This document shows, one piece after another, positions 38,335 to 51,534 of a stretch of 64,000 nucleotides of DNA (its first letter is position 1; each line of letters opens with the position of its first letter). Made by a program: the position numbers and the translations under genes. Source of the DNA: Octopus sinensis (Eukaryota); NCBI RefSeq assembly GCF_006345805.1, contig NC_043005.1, positions 84,072,001 to 84,136,000 on the forward strand, read 5' to 3'. Under the pieces are notes generated by a model. It was not told the origin of the DNA and ran no database searches. It saw only the letters and a list, made by a program, of their open reading frames with translations.

Positions 38335-38729
38335 TTATATATAAAAGTGAAGTTGTGTGTCTGTCTCCTACGATTTAGATTCCTAACTACTCCCACATTT
38401 TGCGGTGCAGTTTAACCAAAACCGGGTATCTTATAGTCGTGATTCATATCGAGCCCTTCTGGGTATTAGCGCGCATCTACGATGAGTCTACGATTTTAAA
38501 AATAAATTACCATCATTTTTTTCCATTTTAATGCATTTTTTCGCTAGTATATAAGGGAAGTAACTCTCTAAAAATGTCTACGATGAGTCAACGATTTAAA
38601 AAAAAATTTACCATCATTTTCTTTCCCATTTTTAATGCATTTTTTTGCTATTTTTTTGCTATAACTCTCTAAAAATGCTTATATAGTTATTTCCCTTACA
38701 AACCCGAGCAACGCCAGGCGATACTGCTA

Positions 38730-38730
<1 letters not shown>
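38332..38730 (+). mobile_element. Non-autonomous Helitron (399 bp)
   Basis: A|TC 5' end (tctttatatataaaag), 3' CTAG|T end, GC-rich cccgagcaacgccagg hairpin remnant about 10 nt upstream of the end, no TSD, internal ~90-bp tandem duplication. Confidence 0.85.
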
Positions 38731-38763
<33 letters not shown>

Positions 38764-39405
38764 CTGATGTCACATACTTATTGTACATGTTTTGTTTATG
38801 CATTTATTGGCTGTGAGACTCATTGAAGGATAAGTCCCTTTAAGACATTGAGTGTCATAGCCAAAAGGTCTTAAAACAAATCCTGCAGCTAATAAGCATA
38901 TGAACAAAGCACATACATTAAGTATTGAACATTGGTAATGTTAAATGTCATTAGAGTTGCTTATTATTGAAAATTTTATATATATCAAAAAGAGGTGTTA
39001 TAACACTATTCCACATATACAAAACAGCCATACCAACAATCCAACACACCTCTATCATCAGCTGCCCCACGGATATCATTATGGTTTCAACACCTGGGCA
39101 GTACCACTCAATCCGGCATTGTCAACAGCACTAAAATAAGTGTTGTTTGGGAACAAACATACCTAAGAAATCACCGCTTTCATTTAATCTTAATTCTAGG
39201 AAGGATGAAACATTAACTTATTAATTGAACCACAACAAGAAACATATTTACCCTATGTACAAAAATATTGGTAAATAAATTCAATAAGTAAATCTATAAC
39301 TAACTCCTAAATTATCTAACAGTGACCAATCCTTTAAGTCACACAAAAAATATTCCCTCCAGTCTTTCATAATATGAATATAAAAGTGAAAGCTTTATAA
39401 CCAAA

Positions 39406-39672
39406 TCATCATCATCATCATCGTTTAACGTCTGCTTTCCATGCTAGCATGGGTTGGACGATTTTAAGTGAGGGCTGGCGAACCAGATGGCTGCACCAGA
39501 CTCCAATCTTGATTTGGTGAAGTTTCTACAGCAGGATGCCCTTCCTAACGCCAAGCGCTCCGAGAGTGTAGTGGGTGCTTTTTATGTGCCACTGGCATGG
39601 GGGCCAGTCAAGCAGTACTAGCAATGACCTCGCTTGAATCTTTTTACACATGCCACCAGCACAGGTGCCGGT
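39406..39672 (-). mobile_element. RTE 3'UTR fragment (family C)
   Basis: (CAT)n then cgtttaacgtctgctttccatgctagcatgggttgg. Confidence 0.85.
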
Positions 39673-39992
39673 CACATTCATTCAATCTTAATTCTAGGAA
39701 GGATTAAACACTAATTTTATTAATTAAACAACAACAAGCAAACACATTTACCCTTTGTACACCAGTATCAGTAAATAAAATCAATAGTAAACCTATGATT
39801 AACTCCTAAATTATATCATTAAACAGCAACCAATCATATAAGTCCATATAAATAATAACCCCACCAGTCTTCCATGGTTACTTTTATAACAGTGAAAGCT
39901 TTAAATTCAATTCTTTCCAAAACAAAACAAACACGAGTGAAATTAATTTAATAATATAACTATGAGTAAATTACATTATTTCATAATCCAAA

Positions 39993-40031
<39 letters not shown>

Positions 40032-40174
40032 CACTACATACTTATTAAATATATGTTATCCTTACATACTTTAATGTTAAATTATTACCAGTAACTAATA
40101 GATAATACTAAAATGTTAATAAATAGGAACTAATGAAAGTATAACTGTAATTAACAATTATTATAAAAACCTTG

Positions 40175-40212
<38 letters not shown>

Positions 40213-40214
40213 GA

Positions 40215-40922
40215 AGGGTGCACCTTGAAAGTTACCCTCTGAGGCACAAGTCCAAGCTAGGTTGTTTATGGAAGACCAGAAGTCACCCATGCCTACCGGC
40301 CCCTCCCTGTACCACTGATGTCATCCAAGGGAAAGGTAAAGGCTGATACAGCTTGGCACCAGTGATGCTGCAACTCATTACTACAGCTGAGTGAAATGGT
40401 GCAATGTGAAATAAAGTGTTTTGCTCAAGAACACAACACACAACCCGGTCCGGGATTTGAACTCACAACCTCATGATCGTAAGCTCGACACTCCAACTAC
40501 TGAGCCATGCACCTTCACAAATATATATATATATATATATCCTTTTATTTCTTTTATTTGTTTCAGTCATTTGACTGTGGCCATGCTGAAGCACCACCTT
40601 TAGTCGAGTAAATCGACCCCAGGACTTATTCTTTGTAAGCCTAGTACTTACTCTACCAGTCTCTTTTCCCAAACCGCTAAGTTACAGGGATGTAAACACA
40701 CCAGCATTGGTTATCAGGTGATGTTGGGGTGGGGACAAACATATATATCTATATAGATATACACTACGGGCTTCTTTCAGTATCTGTCTACTAAATCCAC
40801 TCACAAGGCTTTAGTCAGCCTGAGGCTATAGCAGAAGACACTTACCTAAGGTACCACACAGTGGGACTGAACCCAGAACCATGTGGTTGGGAAGCAACTT
40901 TCTTACTACACACCCACTCCTA
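40215..40922 (-). mobile_element. SINE family D variant (40215-40515) followed by SINE family B (40545-40922)
   Basis: Family motifs. Confidence 0.8.
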
Positions 40923-41129
40923 TGCCATATATATATAAATATAGGGTTCAAAATTGTACAAAGGGCAAAAAAACCAAAGGCAGAGATAGGTGAGAAAACA
41001 ACAATCAAAGTGTATTTGTTGAATGCTCAGGGAAACTGGAAGAGTCTTCGACATTTTGAACCTATGCTCTTCTACAGGAATGAACATGTATATTTAAAGT
41101 GTTTATCATAAACAGTGCTACAGCATAGT

Positions 41130-41572
41130 TGAGAATGTGTGGACTGGGAGCAGACATATATTAGTCATATAATGACAGCAATGAAGGCTAGAAGCAGATG
41201 TTCAGTACACAGAATAAAACACAAGACAGAGAAGTACACAGTAAAAAGGCTCTGAAGAGGAAAGAGCAGATAAGCATGTCAGGGGTAGTGTTGGTATATT
41301 TCTTTTGAAAAAATGCATAGAATTTTTCAACGATACAGTGGCCTGATCATAACTGATACAGGAAAATTATTCCTTGTTTTGACAATTGTGTGAAGCATGT
41401 TTTTAAAAATCATGGGTGCTGCATTGTTTTTTTGATTTTATAAGCATTTTTATGAGTGTAGAGGTATTGAAAATAAGTGGCCAAAGTTGTTGTTAGAAAG
41501 TGAGTGGATAATCTTGTGGGCCTTTTTCCAAGACAGTGGCTAGATATGGAAGCAATATGTTCAAGATATGCT
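41130..41572 (-). mobile_element. Degenerate CR1/L2-like LINE 3' region
   Basis: Resembles 8520-8790 (for example cattgctgtcat; pyrimidine-rich end on the minus strand). Heavily decayed. Confidence 0.4.
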
Positions 41573-41762
41573 ACTACACTCTTGGAGTGGTTGGACTACA
41601 CACTCGGAGTGGTTGGCATTAGGAAGGGCATCCAGCTGTAGAAACTCTGCCAGATCAAGACTGGAGCCTGGTGAAACCACCTGGTTCGCCAGCCCACAGT
41701 CAAACTGTCCAACCCATGCTAGCATGGAAAGCAGTCGTTAAATGACGATGATGATGATGATG
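41573..41762 (+). mobile_element. RTE 3'UTR fragment (family C)
   Basis: Tail motif plus (GAT)n. Confidence 0.85.
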
Positions 41763-43605
41763 CTAAGTGACACGCAGAAGATAGTCATCTAGTTACACAC
41801 ACACACACACAAATATGTGTGTGTGTGGTATGTATGTGTGTATATGCATAACATACACACGTGTGTTGTGTCTATGTTGTGTCCCTTTGTGTACAATGGA
41901 AGGAATGTGATTGCTAAGTGGATAAAGTACTGGACTACATGGCCATAGGTCATAGGTTCCAATCAACCACTGGTATTTTTTTGTGTTCCCAGATAGAAGA
42001 TAGACATTTTATTCCACATTGCTTCATTCATCTGGCTGTGAAGATGAAGTACCAGATCAAACCAGGAATAATTAAATTCCCATCATTTTAGGATTGACAG
42101 AATAAGTACCAGTAATTATACACGAACAGATTAATCAAAAGGGAGCTGCAAATATTCATTACTGACTCATGAAAGCTAGAATTTCATGCATGGCATTTAC
42201 TAAAAGCCTAAACTTCTTTATATGAACCTTGAGTCATTCACAGCTATGAAAGAAAGACATCTACCTGTATCATCAATCAATCAATCTGTCTGTCTGTCTC
42301 TTTACCTACCTACATCTTTATGTCTGTCTGGCTTTACCTACATCCGTCTATCAGTGTCTTTACCTACACACACATGCATGCATGCACACACACACATGCA
42401 TGCAGTAGATACAATATGGCCAAATGTTTAAAAAGTTCACTTTGTAATCACGAGATTCTGGTTTTGATTTGGTTCCATGGCATCTTGAAAAATGTTGACC
42501 TCAGGTCACGTCAAACCCTACCAGTGGAATGATGTAGACAGAAACTACTGAAAAGTCCATCGGATGAATTTTACTTCCAATCTAAAGGTCCAGCTTTATT
42601 TTACAGGGGAAAAGAGAGTGAGATTAACTTCTCAGCTTTCAAAAAGCTATGCAAATGGAGCTGTATGTGTGTGTATGTGTGTGTGTGTTTGTTCATGCCT
42701 GCTTACATTGAGATTGCCTGCTAATTGCAAACAAATGCATGGCTGTGTGGTTAAGAAGTTTGTTTCACAACTCAACGGTTTCAGGTTCAGTTCCACTGCG
42801 TGGCACATTGCATTAGTGCCTTTTACTATAGCCTTCAGCCAACCAAAGCCTTGAGTGGATTCGACAGATGGAAACTGAAAGATGTCCTTTGCATGTGTGT
42901 GTGTGCATGTGTGTACATCTCATCATGTGTGTGTATGCATGAGTGTGTACGTCTCGTCATGTGTGTGTGTGCATGTATGCATGTGTGTGTACGTCTCCTC
43001 GTCGTGTGTGTGTGTACGTCTCCTTGTCGTGTGTGTGTGCATGTATGTATGTATGTATGTGTGTGTGTGTCTCCTCATCGTGTGTGTGTGTGTGTGTGTC
43101 CCCTTGTATTGACATCGTGTGATCATTGTAAATGAATGTCCCTGTCATACAAGCCATGTCTTCATTTCTAATATTCTGTAAAAAAAACATGTCTGGCCTT
43201 GGGAAACTATTAACCTTGCTTGGAAATAGGTGAGGATTGATGACAAGAAGGGGGCATCTGGCTGTAGAAAAACTGTCTGAATTAACCCCATCCAACCCAT
43301 GCAAGCATGGAAAAGTGGATGTAAAAATAAAGATGACAATGATAATATCCATGTCACACAAGCAGCATTGTTCAATTGTAATCTTCCATGGAAGCATGTC
43401 CATGTTTTAAGGATTAGGGGCAATAATTACCTTATTTGGAAACAAATGAAGGTTGGTGGAAAGATGAGCATCCAACCATAGAAAATCTACCTCAAAGAAT
43501 TTTGTCTAATCCATGCAAGCATAGAAAAGAAAAAAGTGGATATTAAAATGTTCATGATGATTAATTGGTTAATTAGATAACATCACCTATTATAGAGTTC
43601 TATAT

Positions 43606-43843
43606 GGGAATATGGCATAGTGGTTAAGAGTGCGGGCTACTAACCCCAGGATTCTGAGTTCAATTCCAGGCAGTAACCTGAATAATAATAATAACAACAA
43701 CAACATTGAAAAATACCTTAGGAATGAGAACCCAAGTTCAAAATTTCCCCAAGACACCTGATGAAGGCTGGAGGGTATATCAGCTGAAACATGTTAACAA
43801 TAAACAAGATGAGGACAAATATCTGTCAAATGTAAATAATGTA
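43606..43843 (+). mobile_element. Second copy of the tRNA-headed hammerhead SINE (ribozyme stem III damaged)
   Basis: gacac CTGATGA a ggctg gagggtatat cagct GAAA c atgtt. Part of the cgtagtgtt segment is lost. Confidence 0.85.
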
Positions 43844-43892
43844 TCATCCATTATATTCTCTACTGAAAGGAATCATTTACTACCAATTTTAC

Positions 43893-44116
43893 TTAGCCAT
43901 TTTGATGCCAACCCACACGAAACTTGTCCTGGCCCTATGATATAAAATTCTTGTTTTAAAGTGACCTAAATAAATTTCCACTAAAATTTCTCGTTAATTT
44001 ATGTTCTAAACACTAGTTTAACAATAAAGTTGTTTTACTAAATTCTTCATTACTCTCAGAACGAATTGAAACAAAGCCAATGTATTTTGAGAGAGAAATG
44101 GTAAGGAAAGGATTAG
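43893..44116. mobile_element. Decayed piggyBac-like MITE
   Basis: Ends ttag-ccattttgat ... aaagga-ttag resemble TTAA-CCCT termini. Related sequence at about 27500-27900. Confidence 0.45.
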
Positions 44117-44594
44117 AAATACTAAACTTGACTTGTTTGCAATGATCTGGTTCAGTTAAGAAACTAATCAACTATTTCCAGCTTTTGTTAAACAAGATAA
44201 TTAGCCACTTTCTAGATTATTAAAAAACTTTTCACCATTTTAAGAAACTAATTAAACACCTGTAGATTATTTGACAAAAGAAAAACTCCACTAAAATCAT
44301 ATAAAATCAATGACAACAGGTACTTTTAGAATATTTCAAGGTTTCAGAAGGAACCACCAAGTTTTGTTAGAAAGAAGAATGAGATAAAGGAAGAGAAAAA
44401 TTATAAACAAAAAGAATTAAAAAATGGTAAATACAAGAGAAAAGAATCACGGTGACTTGTGTTAACTAATTTATCTATCAATCATCATCATTGTTTTAAT
44501 GTCTTTATCTGTTTTACTAGTGTTTGGTAAAAATGTTGCAAAGTCATTTATTTTTAGTATTTTGGTAAATTCTTTGTAATTTACAAAGTGTCAA

Positions 44595-44781
44595 GCACTG
44601 GTGCTGGTGCCACATGAAAAAAAAAAAAGCACCCAGTACACTTTATGGAGTGGTTGGCATTTGGAAAGCATCCAGCTGTAGCAAACATGCCAAAACAGAC
44701 AGTTGGAGTCTGGTATAGAGTTCTGACTTGCCAGTTCCTGTCAAAGCATCCGACCCATGCCAGCAAGGAAAACGGACGTTA

Positions 44782-44815
<34 letters not shown>

Positions 44816-45065
44816 CAGTGTATTGTGTTACTGAGCATTTCATTTTGCATTCTTCCTGTAAATGAGCATCCCTGTGACAAGGGGGTATCTTGCAACCTTG
44901 CTCACTTGTTTGCCATGGAAACCAAGTAACTCACCCTATGGGTCTTTAGACTCAAGAGAGTTCTTACATTTTTTTTTTAATACATCACCAGTCCTCAGTC
45001 AAACTGTCCAACCCTTGCCAGCATGGAAAGCGGACGTTAAATGACGACGATGATGATGATGAAAG
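44595..45065 (+). mobile_element. Two RTE 3'UTR fragments (44595-44815; 44985-45065)
   Basis: ggaaaacggacgttagatgatg and ggaaagcggacgttaaatgacgacgatg tails. Confidence 0.8.
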
Positions 45066-45135
45066 CACCTGAGGATTTGTTTACCATTGTTCTGCTATTC
45101 CTTTAGATGAGGAACTATAATCATAATTTATAGCC

Positions 45136-45752
45136 AGGCAGTAAGCTGGCAGAATCGTTAGTGTTCACCGGGCAAAAAGCTTAGCAGTATTTTGTGTCTT
45201 TATGTTCTGAGTTCAAATTCTGCCAACGTCGACTTTGCCTTTCATCCTTTGGGGTCAATAAATTAAGTACCAGTTGTGTACTGAGGTCAATCTAATAGAC
45301 TGGCCCCCTCCCCCAAAATTTTGGGCCTTGTGCCTAGAATAGAAAAGAATTATAATTTGTAGAATCATTAGTTTTCTTTACGTCCTGAGTTCAAATTCCA
45401 CCGAAGTCAACTTTGCCTTTCATCCTCTCAGGGCTAATAAATGAAGAACCAGTTGAACCCTGGGGTTGATGCAACTGGCTCTCCCCGAAATTGCCGGCCT
45501 TGTGTCAAAATCTGAAACCTATATTTATGATTTAAAGGCAGCAAGCTGGTTGAATCATTACCATGCTGGAGCAAAGGCTTAGCGGCAGTTCATCAATTCT
45601 ACATTCAAAGTTCAAATTCTGCTGAGGTGGACTTTATCTTCCATTTGTTTGGGGGGGGGGGTAATAAAATAAATACCAGTTGAGCACTGTGGGTTGATGT
45701 AATCGGCTTACTCCCTCCTCCAAATTGCTGGTCTTGTGCCAAAATTTGAAGC
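45136..45752 (+). mobile_element. Three co-oriented SINE family A copies
   Basis: Family motifs. Confidence 0.85.
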
Positions 45753-45989
45753 CAATATTCATTAGTTATTACTAAGCAGCACCTTGCTGTGGTCCTACAG
45801 TAAAATGTATTTGAGCCATGAACCTATGAAGTGTTTTCGGCAGATTTTCTTCAGCTGGATGTCCTTCATGGCTGGCCAGGTTTCCATGGAAGATTGTAAA
45901 TGAGTGACATCATTTATATAGCAGTGATGCTTGTTATAACTTCCATACATCATCAAGACAAGGGGATACAAATACACATGGACACACAC

Positions 45990-46249
45990 GCAAAGGCTTC
46001 TTCCAGTTTGTCTACCAAGTCCACTGGTTTTGCTCAGCCTTGGGTGAGAGTTGAAGACACTTGTCTAATGTGCTCTGCAGTGGGACAACTCAAAACTACG
46101 TGGTTAGGAAGTAAACTTCTGAAACACACGTAACCATACTTGTGCCTAGGCTCTATCCACTCATTCATCTCTCTCTTTCTCTCTCTCAAACACACACATG
46201 CACACACCTATTTGTCTGTCTGTCTGTCCATCTATATATTTCTCTGTCT

Positions 46250-46296
<47 letters not shown>

Positions 46297-46470
46297 AACA
46301 AATAAACAATAGGTTTCTTTCAGTTTCCGTCTTAACCAAATTCACTCGCAAGGCTTTGTTTGGCTCAGGACTATAGTAGAAGACACTTGCCTGAGGTGGC
46401 ATGCAGTGGGACTGAACCCACAACCATGTAGTTAGGAAGCAAACTTCTTACCACACAGTCATTCCTGCAC
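45990..46470 (-). mobile_element. Two SINE family B 5' halves
   Basis: Family motifs. Confidence 0.75.
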
Positions 46471-47483
46471 CTACACACACACACACACACTTATTAAGAG
46501 TTATTGAGAGTGAAATATCTTGGACTCGGTTCTTCTCACAGCACCAATACCAGGGACAAGTTGTTGACCTCTTGGCTAACAACTCTGCATCTCATTAACT
46601 TAGCTAACATCACCGACAACAACCCCAGAACATTCTTTAAATAGGTTCTCTAAAACCATAACTCCCTTCACCAGAATGAAACTGCTGCAGGGTTTTTTTT
46701 TCTCTTTCTTTACCAGTGAAAACATATGGCACAAAGATTAAAAGCAGAAATATGCCATTCTTCAGTTGCCAAATCAGATGGTATTTAATTAATTACTCTG
46801 TGATGAAGTTATTAATAATGTGTTGACTGCAGATTAGCGCCATAAATATCTTGAAATTCTAGAAGCAGATTAAATATATTGTGAAGAATTGAAAGAAAAG
46901 AAGAAGTTAATGGAGTGAATAGATATCTTCTGGAGAAAAGGAGAAAAAGAAGAGAGAAATGAAAAATGGAGAGATTAAATAAAGAAAGAGAGGAAAGATT
47001 TATAGATGTGACTCAAGGGCCTTGAATAGAGTTTCATACCAGGGTACTTGAATCAATTAGAGCTGAGACATATAGAAGTGTGTGTGTGCGTGTGTGTGCA
47101 ATGATACTTAAATACGTACATACATACATACGTACATACATATATGCATATGCACACGTGTACATATACACAAACAAAAAAATACACTTACATAAACACT
47201 CGCATATATACACACATATACACAAATATATATTTACACATTAATGCTCGTTTTTATGTTATGCTGCAAAGAGTTTTACATTAAACTGAAGGAGTGCTCA
47301 ATAATTTTTGTAGAGTACAAATTCATAATTCTTAAACAAAAACATTATTGACAGTAACTTTGAAGTTTCTGGTAGCTAAGCCATCATTGGACAGTCTGAT
47401 GGTTTAGCTGGTCAAAACTTTGAAATCACTATTAACACTGTTCTTGTCAGGGAATTATATATATGTACATGATGATGATGATG

Positions 47484-47531
<48 letters not shown>

Positions 47532-47663
47532 CACCATATATATATATATATACATCATATATATATATATATATATATACTATACATACACCATATATAT
47601 ATATATATACATATACATACAACCATATAATATATATATACACCCTATATATATTATAACACC

Positions 47664-47698
<35 letters not shown>

Positions 47699-48045
47699 AT
47701 ACACAGACACACATACATACCACCCTTTTACTTGTTTCACTCATTGGATTACGGTCATGCTGGGGCAGTGGCTAGAAATCTTCAGGCAAACAAACTGACT
47801 CCAATACTTACTTTCCTTTTTAAGCCTAGTGCTCATTCTATCATTTCTTCTGTTGAACTGCTAAGTTATGAGGACAAAAACAAACAAACACCAATGTAGG
47901 GGATGAACACACCCACGCACGCACACTCAGACCTATGTGTATGTTTGTATGTACAATACATGTGTGTGTGTGTGTATATATATATATACACGCGCACACA
48001 TGTATATATAAATATACTCACACACAAACATATGTTGTCTATAAA

Positions 48046-48097
<52 letters not shown>

Positions 48098-48484
48098 ATA
48101 TATAACATATACATGCATACATATTTATATATACACATGCACACACACACTCACATACACTCCTATATCTAAGTTGACATTGCCAGCTGAGTTTATGATG
48201 TGTGTCACTGTCAGAAACCCTTAATTAACTTATTTCAACATTTTCGTAAACTTACTTAAGGTTATGTCAATCTGTCTTCTTCCTAAATCTTGTGCCCTCC
48301 ACCCCACCCTACTCCACCACTCCCACCATTCCACATGTTTTCAGTTTCTTTTCTTTGTCCCACCTCAAACACTTGAGATCCTGCACTAGATTATCGGCAC
48401 AGATTCTTTCCTTCCTACACACCCACCTCATATCAGCTGTGAGTTTTTATAAAGCTTCAAAATGTAAATATATGCATGTGTATG

Positions 48485-48515
<31 letters not shown>

Positions 48516-48660
48516 GAGTCTTTGTAAAACTTAAAAATATATATAAGCATGCGTATGTTTATATATATATATATATATAATTAATTAAGGGTAGAAATTG
48601 ATATTTATCAATTAAGACCATGGTCTAGCATATTAAAAAGAATCCGAAGATTAAAATATT

Positions 48661-48967
48661 TATATATACCAATTAAGGACTGAACACGAAAATGGACAGT
48701 CAACATGCTAGATATAGATGTCAAATCGCCATTCACCACAAAGATTATGTTCTCAGATCAAACTCAACACAAAACCATAGCAATAACAAGTGAAAAATAT
48801 ACGAAATAAAATAATTTAATTATTTTATTTCGTATATTTTTCACTTGTTTTATTGCTATGGTTTTTGTGTTGAGTTTGATCTGAGAACATAATCTTTTGT
48901 GGTGAATGGCGATTTGACGTCTATATCTAGCATGTTGACTGTCCACTTTCGTGTTCAGTCCTTAATT

Positions 48968-48977
<10 letters not shown>
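48661..48977. repeat. Near-perfect 317-bp palindrome (1-nt spacer at 48817)
   Basis: Arms 48661-48816 and 48818-48977 differ by 2 substitutions and 3 homopolymer indels (4 nt). Confidence 0.97.
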
Positions 48978-49008
<31 letters not shown>

Positions 49009-49112
49009 TTTGTAGAAAACATAAAACTGGAGAAGAAGCACAATCTAAGATGTAGAGCAGTTAACATTTTAATGGGGGATGCAGATTTATGGGGTTACCC
49101 TGGGTTTCCCGT

Positions 49113-49315
49113 CCATAAGGGGTTTAGCCTTACGGTGTATGATCAAACTCCAAAACTTGTTGGCCTAAGACCTCTTCAAAATATGGAGGGGGAGAATGCC
49201 TTCACCTATTGTTTACCTTTTTAGTAAGGAATTTTTCCCCTCCATATTTTGAAGAGGTCTTAGGCCAACAAGTTTTGGAGACTGATGGTATGCCGCAAGG
49301 CCAAACCCCTTATGG
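49113..49315. repeat. 85-bp inverted repeat with 33-nt spacer
   Basis: Arms 49113-49197 and 49231-49315 (ccataaggggttt..ctccaaaacttgttggcctaagacctcttcaaaatatggagggg). Confidence 0.92.
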
Positions 49316-49577
49316 TGCACCTTGTCCATCACCACTAGGTCCGGTGTGTTATGCTCTGGCACCTGATCTGTTTGGATTGGGAAATCCCAGAAGATTTTGC
49401 TAGTCTCTGTGGTTTGTGCTTATACCATGTCTTGCCCCTCTCTAGCCCTCATTTTTTGCACAGTTTCCAATGTAGTGATTTCAGGCAAGTCTAGGGCATT
49501 TGTTTGTGATATGAGCAATGGTTTCATCTACTGTGTTGCAGATGTGGCACAGCAGAGGCATATATTATTATTTATTA

Positions 49578-49615
<38 letters not shown>

Positions 49616-49617
<2 letters not shown>

Positions 49618-49965
49618 GGTAGTAAACTGGCAGAATCATTAGTACACGGGGCGAAATGCTTAGTGGTATTTCATCTGTCTTTAAATTCTGAGTTCAAATT
49701 CCACCAAGGTCGACTTTGCCTTTCATCCTTTCGGGGTCGATAAATTAAGTACCAGTTACGCACTGGGGTCAATGTAATCGACTTAATCCCTTTGTCTGTC
49801 CTTGTTTGTCCCCTCTAGTTTAGCCCCTTGTGGGCAGTAAAGAAATAAGAAACGTTAGCACACTGGGCGAAATGCTTAGTGGTATTTTGCTCATCTTTAC
49901 ATTCTGAGTTCAAATCCCAGCAAGGTTGACTTTGCTTTTCATTCTTTTGGGGTCAATAAATTAAG
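49616..49965 (+). mobile_element. Head-to-tail SINE family A dimer after (TTA)n
   Basis: Family motifs. Confidence 0.85.
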
Positions 49966-50013
49966 AATCTAAGGATGAACAAAGTGCTGCTAAGCATTTT
50001 GGACAACAACAAC

Positions 50014-50054
<41 letters not shown>

Positions 50055-50546
50055 TGATTGTATATATGTGTGTGTGTGAGAAGATTTATAATCTGCTATT
50101 GTCTTTAAAATTTTGTGACATTGTTGGCATTTGTGTGTCAAGAAATTATCCAGTAGCTTTGCTTTTTCAAATGCAAATGAAATGAAAATTGCCATCATTG
50201 AAGAACAGGTAAGGGTTAGCTACAGAAAGAGCATGCAGCCGTAAAAAGAAATATCAATGCTTTCAATAATATGCATTCATCTCACCCCATGCCATCTTTG
50301 ATAAATGGACATAAAATGAATAATCAAATGAAGATATGTATGTATGTATGTGTGTGTATGTGTGTGTGTGTGTGTAACAACAACAACAACATTTAAAGGT
50401 GTCTAAACGTCAGTGATGAGTTGCTTTTAATAAAATTATAATTTTCAGACTTAACCTTGTCTTCAGAGATCAAAACAAGACACACATACATACACAGAAA
50501 CCCAACCCCCAGCAAAAAAAAAAGCAAAAAGAAAAAAAATTGAAAT

Positions 50547-50618
<72 letters not shown>

Positions 50619-50831
50619 CTCTTTCATCTTTAAAGTTGAGGTTAATAGTCTCAAGATCATAATCTTATAAACAACTTTTTTTTCTCTCTCTTTATGTCAA
50701 CTGACATAGAACGAGTTAAGCCTGGCAGAGGAAAATATATTTCTTTTTCAACTTATTTTACAGTTTAACCACAGGTCAAACCTCAGTGATCAGGCATGAT
50801 GAAAAGATTTCTCAAACACGAGCATCCTGTT

Positions 50832-51466
50832 ATCATCATCGTCATCATCACCATCACCATCATCATCATCGTTTAACGTTCGTTCTCCATGCTAGCATGG
50901 GTTGGACGGTTCGACCGGGGATCTGGGAAGCCTGGAGGCTGCACCAGGCTCCAGTCTTATCTGGCAATGTTTCTACAGCTGGATGCCCTTCCTAACGCCA
51001 ACCACTCCATGAGTGTAGTGGGTGCTTTTTACGTGCCACCTGCATTGGTGCCAGGCGAGGCTGGCATCGGCCACGGTCGGATTGGTGCATTTTACGTGCC
51101 ACCTGCACGGAAGCCAGTCGAGGCGGCACTGGCTTTGGCCACGATGCAGATGGTGCTTTTTACATATCTCCAGTCCAGGGGTCCTGGCATCTGCCGGGTG
51201 CCAGTCATAGGATTGGTTCAATTTCGATTCCGATTTCACTTGCCCCAACAGGTCTTCGCAAGCAAAGGGGGGTTGGCATAGGGTGCCTGTCGTCGGATGA
51301 GGTTCGATATCGACTTCGCTTGCCTCAACAGGTCTTTGTGTGTCCAAGGGAGGAAAGGCATGCATAAGTGGGCTGGACTCACTTGTCCTGCCTGGTCTTC
51401 TCACGTACAGCATATTTCCAAAGGTCTCGGTCGCTGGTCATTTCCTCAGTGAGGCCTAAAGTTCGA
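50832..51466 (-). mobile_element. 5'-truncated RTE LINE: ORF C-terminus, 3'UTR and (GAT)n tail
   Basis: Translates RTLGLTEEMTSDRDLWKYAVREKTRQDK* (stop 51381-51379), followed by the same UTR and tail as family C. Confidence 0.85.
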
Positions 51467-51534
51467 ATAGTAATAATTATTATTATCATTATTATTATTA
51501 TTATTATATTATTATTATTATTATTATTATTATG

